Assembly: GCA_964492935.1 (NCBI GenBank)
Contig: CAZBLF010000003.1
Coordinates: 1-62,993 of the forward strand
Length of the DNA stretch: 62,993 nt
Direction: 5' to 3'
DNA from: an uncultured Methanosarcinales archaeon
GTDB lineage: Archaea; Nanobdellota; Nanobdellia; Woesearchaeales; JACPBV01
Position 1 is the first letter of the stretch. Each line of letters opens with the position of its first letter. The translations under genes and the position numbers were made by a program. Shown here piece by piece: positions 60,025 to 62,993 of this stretch. The notes beneath the pieces were generated by a model. It was not told the origin of the DNA. It saw nothing but the letters and a program-made list of their open reading frames with translations, and did no database searches.

Positions 60025-61071
60025 ATGCAGAAGCGAGGTGACTTTTCATCCAATTGGTTGTTTTATTTTGTGGCGGTAGTGGTGTTGATTTTGATGTTTT
60101 ATTTTGGGATGTCTTCGCTCTCCGATATTAAAAATACGGGTTGTCAGGCGGAGACTACGTTGTTGGTACAGCGTTTGCAGGCGGATGCTGAGGAGATTTC
60201 GTACGAGCAGGGTTCGGTGGTGGACAAAGAGTATTCGATTAGTTGTGGCGTGGATAAGGTGTATTTTGTTGATCAGAATATTGATGTGTTGAATCCTCAG
60301 CAGTTGCAGATAATTGAGCCATTTCCGGTTATTGTTGAAGAGATTAGTTCTGGAACAGGCAAGAATGTGTTCTTTTATTCTGATTCTTCGGTTGAGGATA
60401 GTGCTGAGGTGACGAACTTGGACTTGGGCTTTCCGTTTTATCGATGTTTGAAGGTGCGTTCTGGAAAGATTAAGGTTCGTTTTACTGGTAATGGGGCTGC
60501 GGTGAATGTGACGCCTTTGGATGAGAGTTATTCTTGTGATCCGGTGATTAAAGCGATTCCCGAGGTTCTGGATGAGGATATTTTGTCTGAGGCTCTTGGA
60601 GTGGGCAATGATCTCTTTATTGATGAGGCTTTAAAATTGAAGGGAGAGGGTGTTATTGATTCGGATGACGAGGTAAGTGAAAGTATTCTCGATGAGCGGA
60701 CGGTAGGGGAGACGATTGTTACGCAGACTCAAGATTTGACGATTACTAGGGTCATTGAGGAGGTTCCTGGAGAGTCTAAGACGGTTGTTAATCTTTTGGT
60801 GGAGCGTAGGGAGACGAATAAGAAGAAATTTATCTATATTGAGCGGATTCCTAAGCGATGTCTTGAGGATGGCTCCTTGGACGATGGGGTATTGTCGGAT
60901 ATTCAGAGTGAGGGCGCTAAAAAAGTAAAGGTGAGGAGTGATCCGTTGATTGTATGGGTGTTCCTCCCGGATAAGGATCCTACGATGGGATATACGTTAA
61001 ATACTCGGTTGGATGATTCTTGTAAGGAAGATATTGGTGGCTCGTCATTTCGGTTTAGGGGGAGTTCTTAG
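60025..61071 (+). CDS. Hypothetical secreted/anchored protein
   Basis: 348 aa. MQKRGDFSSNWLFYFVAVVVLILMFYF N-terminus (charged stretch plus one TM, possibly pilin-like class III signal). Confidence 0.4.
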   Translation: MQKRGDFSSNWLFYFVAVVVLILMFYFGMSSLSDIKNTGCQAETTLLVQRLQADAEEISYEQGSVVDKEYSISCGVDKVYFVDQNIDVLNPQQLQIIEPFPVIVEEISSGTGKNVFFYSDSSVEDSAEVTNLDLGFPFYRCLKVRSGKIKVRFTGNGAAVNVTPLDESYSCDPVIKAIPEVLDEDILSEALGVGNDLFIDEALKLKGEGVIDSDDEVSESILDERTVGETIVTQTQDLTITRVIEEVPGESKTVVNLLVERRETNKKKFIYIERIPKRCLEDGSLDDGVLSDIQSEGAKKVKVRSDPLIVWVFLPDKDPTMGYTLNTRLDDSCKEDIGGSSFRFRGSS

Positions 61072-61106
61072 TAAGGTTTTTATAGAAAAATGCATTATTT
61101 GTTACT

Positions 61107-61979
61107 ATGCAGTTACCTTCGAAGTTGAGTGAGTGGTTAGGTCTTGCTGATGAACGTATTGAATTTCCTTTAGATACTAGTGTTGATGATGTTGTTTCTA
61201 ATGAAGAATCTTCTTTTGTTGGTAAGGCTGCTACGTTTGGTGGTTTAGTATTGGCTCTTGCAGGTGCTCCTAATATGAATGTGGTGCAGGCCGAGGATGC
61301 TGATGAAGAGGACAAGTCCGAACTTACTTTTGATGTGCGTCGCCACGGCATGTTAATTAATCGAGAAAATGGGGTTGTGATTGGTGGTAGGGGTCGCGGG
61401 AAGGGAGTACATTTCGATAAAGGCGATTATGGATTTATTCATCTCAAGGGAGGTAGGACGGGAATTACCTACAAACTAGGCGAGAATGTTGTTACTGATA
61501 ACTTAGGCGATAAGGAGAAGGTTACTTCTGGCGATCCTCAGGTGTTTTATGACGCTTTTAAGAAACATTTAGCAAATCATGATTATCAACGAGGTGAAAA
61601 GGTTCTAGGCATTTTGCTTAAGGAGAATAGAGACGGTGCTTTGAAGTTTATTGATGGTTTGTATAAGGAGCATCCTGATGAGAAATCGGTTGTTCTTGCC
61701 AAAGGCATATCGATGTATTTGGGTGGGGAAGCAAAGGGTGCCGAGGACATATTATATTCAAAATATGCATCTGATCGTGATCCTCAGTGGGCTATCGGAT
61801 TGGTTAGATCTTATGAAGTGAATATGTCTTCAGAAAAGGACCCCAAGGAATTGTCCTCACTACATAAATGGGCGAGTAGGCGTTCCAAGTCCGCTCAATT
61901 GAGACTCAAGCGTTTTGGTCTGCATAATACTACGGCTGATTCTACTTATGTTGACAATTTATGTGAAAGAAATAAATAG
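61107..61979 (+). CDS. Hypothetical protein
   Basis: 290-aa ORF with a possible N-terminal hydrophobic segment (FGGLVLALAGAP). No motif. Confidence 0.4.
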   Translation: MQLPSKLSEWLGLADERIEFPLDTSVDDVVSNEESSFVGKAATFGGLVLALAGAPNMNVVQAEDADEEDKSELTFDVRRHGMLINRENGVVIGGRGRGKGVHFDKGDYGFIHLKGGRTGITYKLGENVVTDNLGDKEKVTSGDPQVFYDAFKKHLANHDYQRGEKVLGILLKENRDGALKFIDGLYKEHPDEKSVVLAKGISMYLGGEAKGAEDILYSKYASDRDPQWAIGLVRSYEVNMSSEKDPKELSSLHKWASRRSKSAQLRLKRFGLHNTTADSTYVDNLCERNK

Positions 61980-61998
61980 CACATTCTCCCGTCTGATT

Positions 61999-62934
61999 TT
62001 AGCTAAGCGCCTTTTCTACTGAATCCAGCGGCGTAATTCCTTCACTCACAAGGAAAGTAATAAGTTCGTCCTCTATGATTTCACTTGGAGCAGTATAATC
62101 AAACTCATATCTATAGATTCCGTTATCGAAAACTCTTGGCTCACTAAGAGTAACCTCAATGGCGTTATCCTTTCGACTACCTCCTTTTATGGGTTCCTCA
62201 ATAGTCAACACAATATCATTTGGTTTTTCAGTAGTAACCTGCAGTATCAGGGGGTGTTTCACACTACCCTTTAAAACTTTGAGTTCCGATTTACTTTCTG
62301 CTAAAAGGAGAATAAATTTTGATTTTTCTTCAGAACTACTGGCCGATTTTGCAGTTCCCTTTTTACTTGCCTCTTTCTCACACTTCCTCGTTATTCCATC
62401 TTCATTGCAGGACCAGCCTACTCTATTGTTATCGTATGTATCTTTTGGATTTTTTCCGTCTCCGCCACAATCGAATTCATCGGGTGCAGTACCAGCATTA
62501 CATACACATTCTCCTTTGCTTGCACTATCTGTGGGACATCCAGGGAATGCTCGACACTGGCTCTGATAGCAATTGAAGAAATATCCTTTAGGAGTATTTG
62601 TTGGGCAATTGAGTTTACTTCCTCCGCAAACGCATTGATTTGTAACTTTGACTGTGTTCTTGCCTACGGGGACGTCCGTATTAGTTACATCATCTAGGTA
62701 GGTAATCGGATTTTTGCAATTTCTTTGATCCTTAGGTCTTTCTCCGGGGTCGATGTTGATGGGTATTTGGATTTGTTGGAGTAATCCATTCGAAACGATG
62801 ATGTTTCCATCATGGGCTACATCAGTTACTAGGTTGCAATTTCCAGAGGATCGGTCAGGATGTCTGAGGTCCAGGTGAACGAACAGATCAGGGATATTAT
62901 CATTCGTGAATTTGGATTTTGCTGCTTCGACCAT
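61999..62934 (-). CDS. Cys-rich hypothetical protein
   Basis: 311 aa. About 20 Cys in the central region (CVCGGSKLNCPTN..CYQSQCRAFPGCPTD..CVCNAG..CGGDG). Confidence 0.45.
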   Translation of the reverse strand: MVEAAKSKFTNDNIPDLFVHLDLRHPDRSSGNCNLVTDVAHDGNIIVSNGLLQQIQIPINIDPGERPKDQRNCKNPITYLDDVTNTDVPVGKNTVKVTNQCVCGGSKLNCPTNTPKGYFFNCYQSQCRAFPGCPTDSASKGECVCNAGTAPDEFDCGGDGKNPKDTYDNNRVGWSCNEDGITRKCEKEASKKGTAKSASSSEEKSKFILLLAESKSELKVLKGSVKHPLILQVTTEKPNDIVLTIEEPIKGGSRKDNAIEVTLSEPRVFDNGIYRYEFDYTAPSEIIEDELITFLVSEGITPLDSVEKALS

Positions 62935-62940
62935 GGAAAT

Positions 62941-62993
62941 TCAGAACGAGACTTCTCCATCTTTATCCAACTTTGCAGTGACAGAAGTAATTT
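62941..62993 (-). CDS. 3' end of a gene that starts beyond the window edge
   Basis: The open frame to the edge ends ...ITSVTAKLDKDGEVSF then TGA (62941-62943). Only 17 codons are visible. Confidence 0.25.
   Translation of the reverse strand, partial: ITSVTAKLDKDGEVSF

Overview
This 63-kb window is archaeal. It carries archaeal-type ribosomal proteins (L1, P0, P1, S24e, L37e, S8e), Rpo7, TFB, aCPSF1, the proteasome beta subunit, an Sm protein and intron-containing tRNAs. TTTAWA boxes sit 22-33 nt upstream of most start codons, which points to leaderless transcripts. The compact gene layout, a helicase lacking its first domain, E/K/P-rich tails on ribosomal proteins and many secreted repeat proteins suggest a small-genome uncultured (DPANN-like) archaeon; that placement is inference only.

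Housekeeping content:
- a cysteine synthase/CBS-family enzyme plus a cystathionine gamma-lyase/synthase-family enzyme
- CarS, Psd and a fused double CDP-alcohol phosphatidyltransferase
- RpiB, Prs, PurA, RibB/RibD, cytidylate kinase, MetAP, AMP/thymidine phosphorylase and LspA

Notable features:
1. A Hel308-type helicase ORF has no RecA1 domain and carries a 515-aa LAGLIDADG intein in motif V.
2. There are six tRNA or tRNA-like genes. Asn, Ser and Leu have canonical introns. One 166-nt gene has two insertions. One 133-nt tRNA-like gene could not be folded. tRNA-Val has C33.
3. At least four families of short structured intergenic repeats (named A-D here) are present. Several copies are bracketed by direct duplications of host sequence of 9, 14, 17 and 19 bp.
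4. Two identical 141-nt copies of the tRNA-Ser 3' portion follow the intact gene, each with an 88-nt family-B element inside its T-loop.
5. A tRNA-adjacent accessory region (about 51.3-62.9 kb) holds a PD-(D/E)xK nuclease-like gene, three tandem paralogs of unknown function, an RHH/RelE-like pair, a 622-aa double-nucleotidyltransferase protein with an Rx4H motif, and a run of hypothetical genes.

No CRISPR array, rRNA, transposase or reverse transcriptase was seen. All coordinates were derived by hand counting. No database searches were run.
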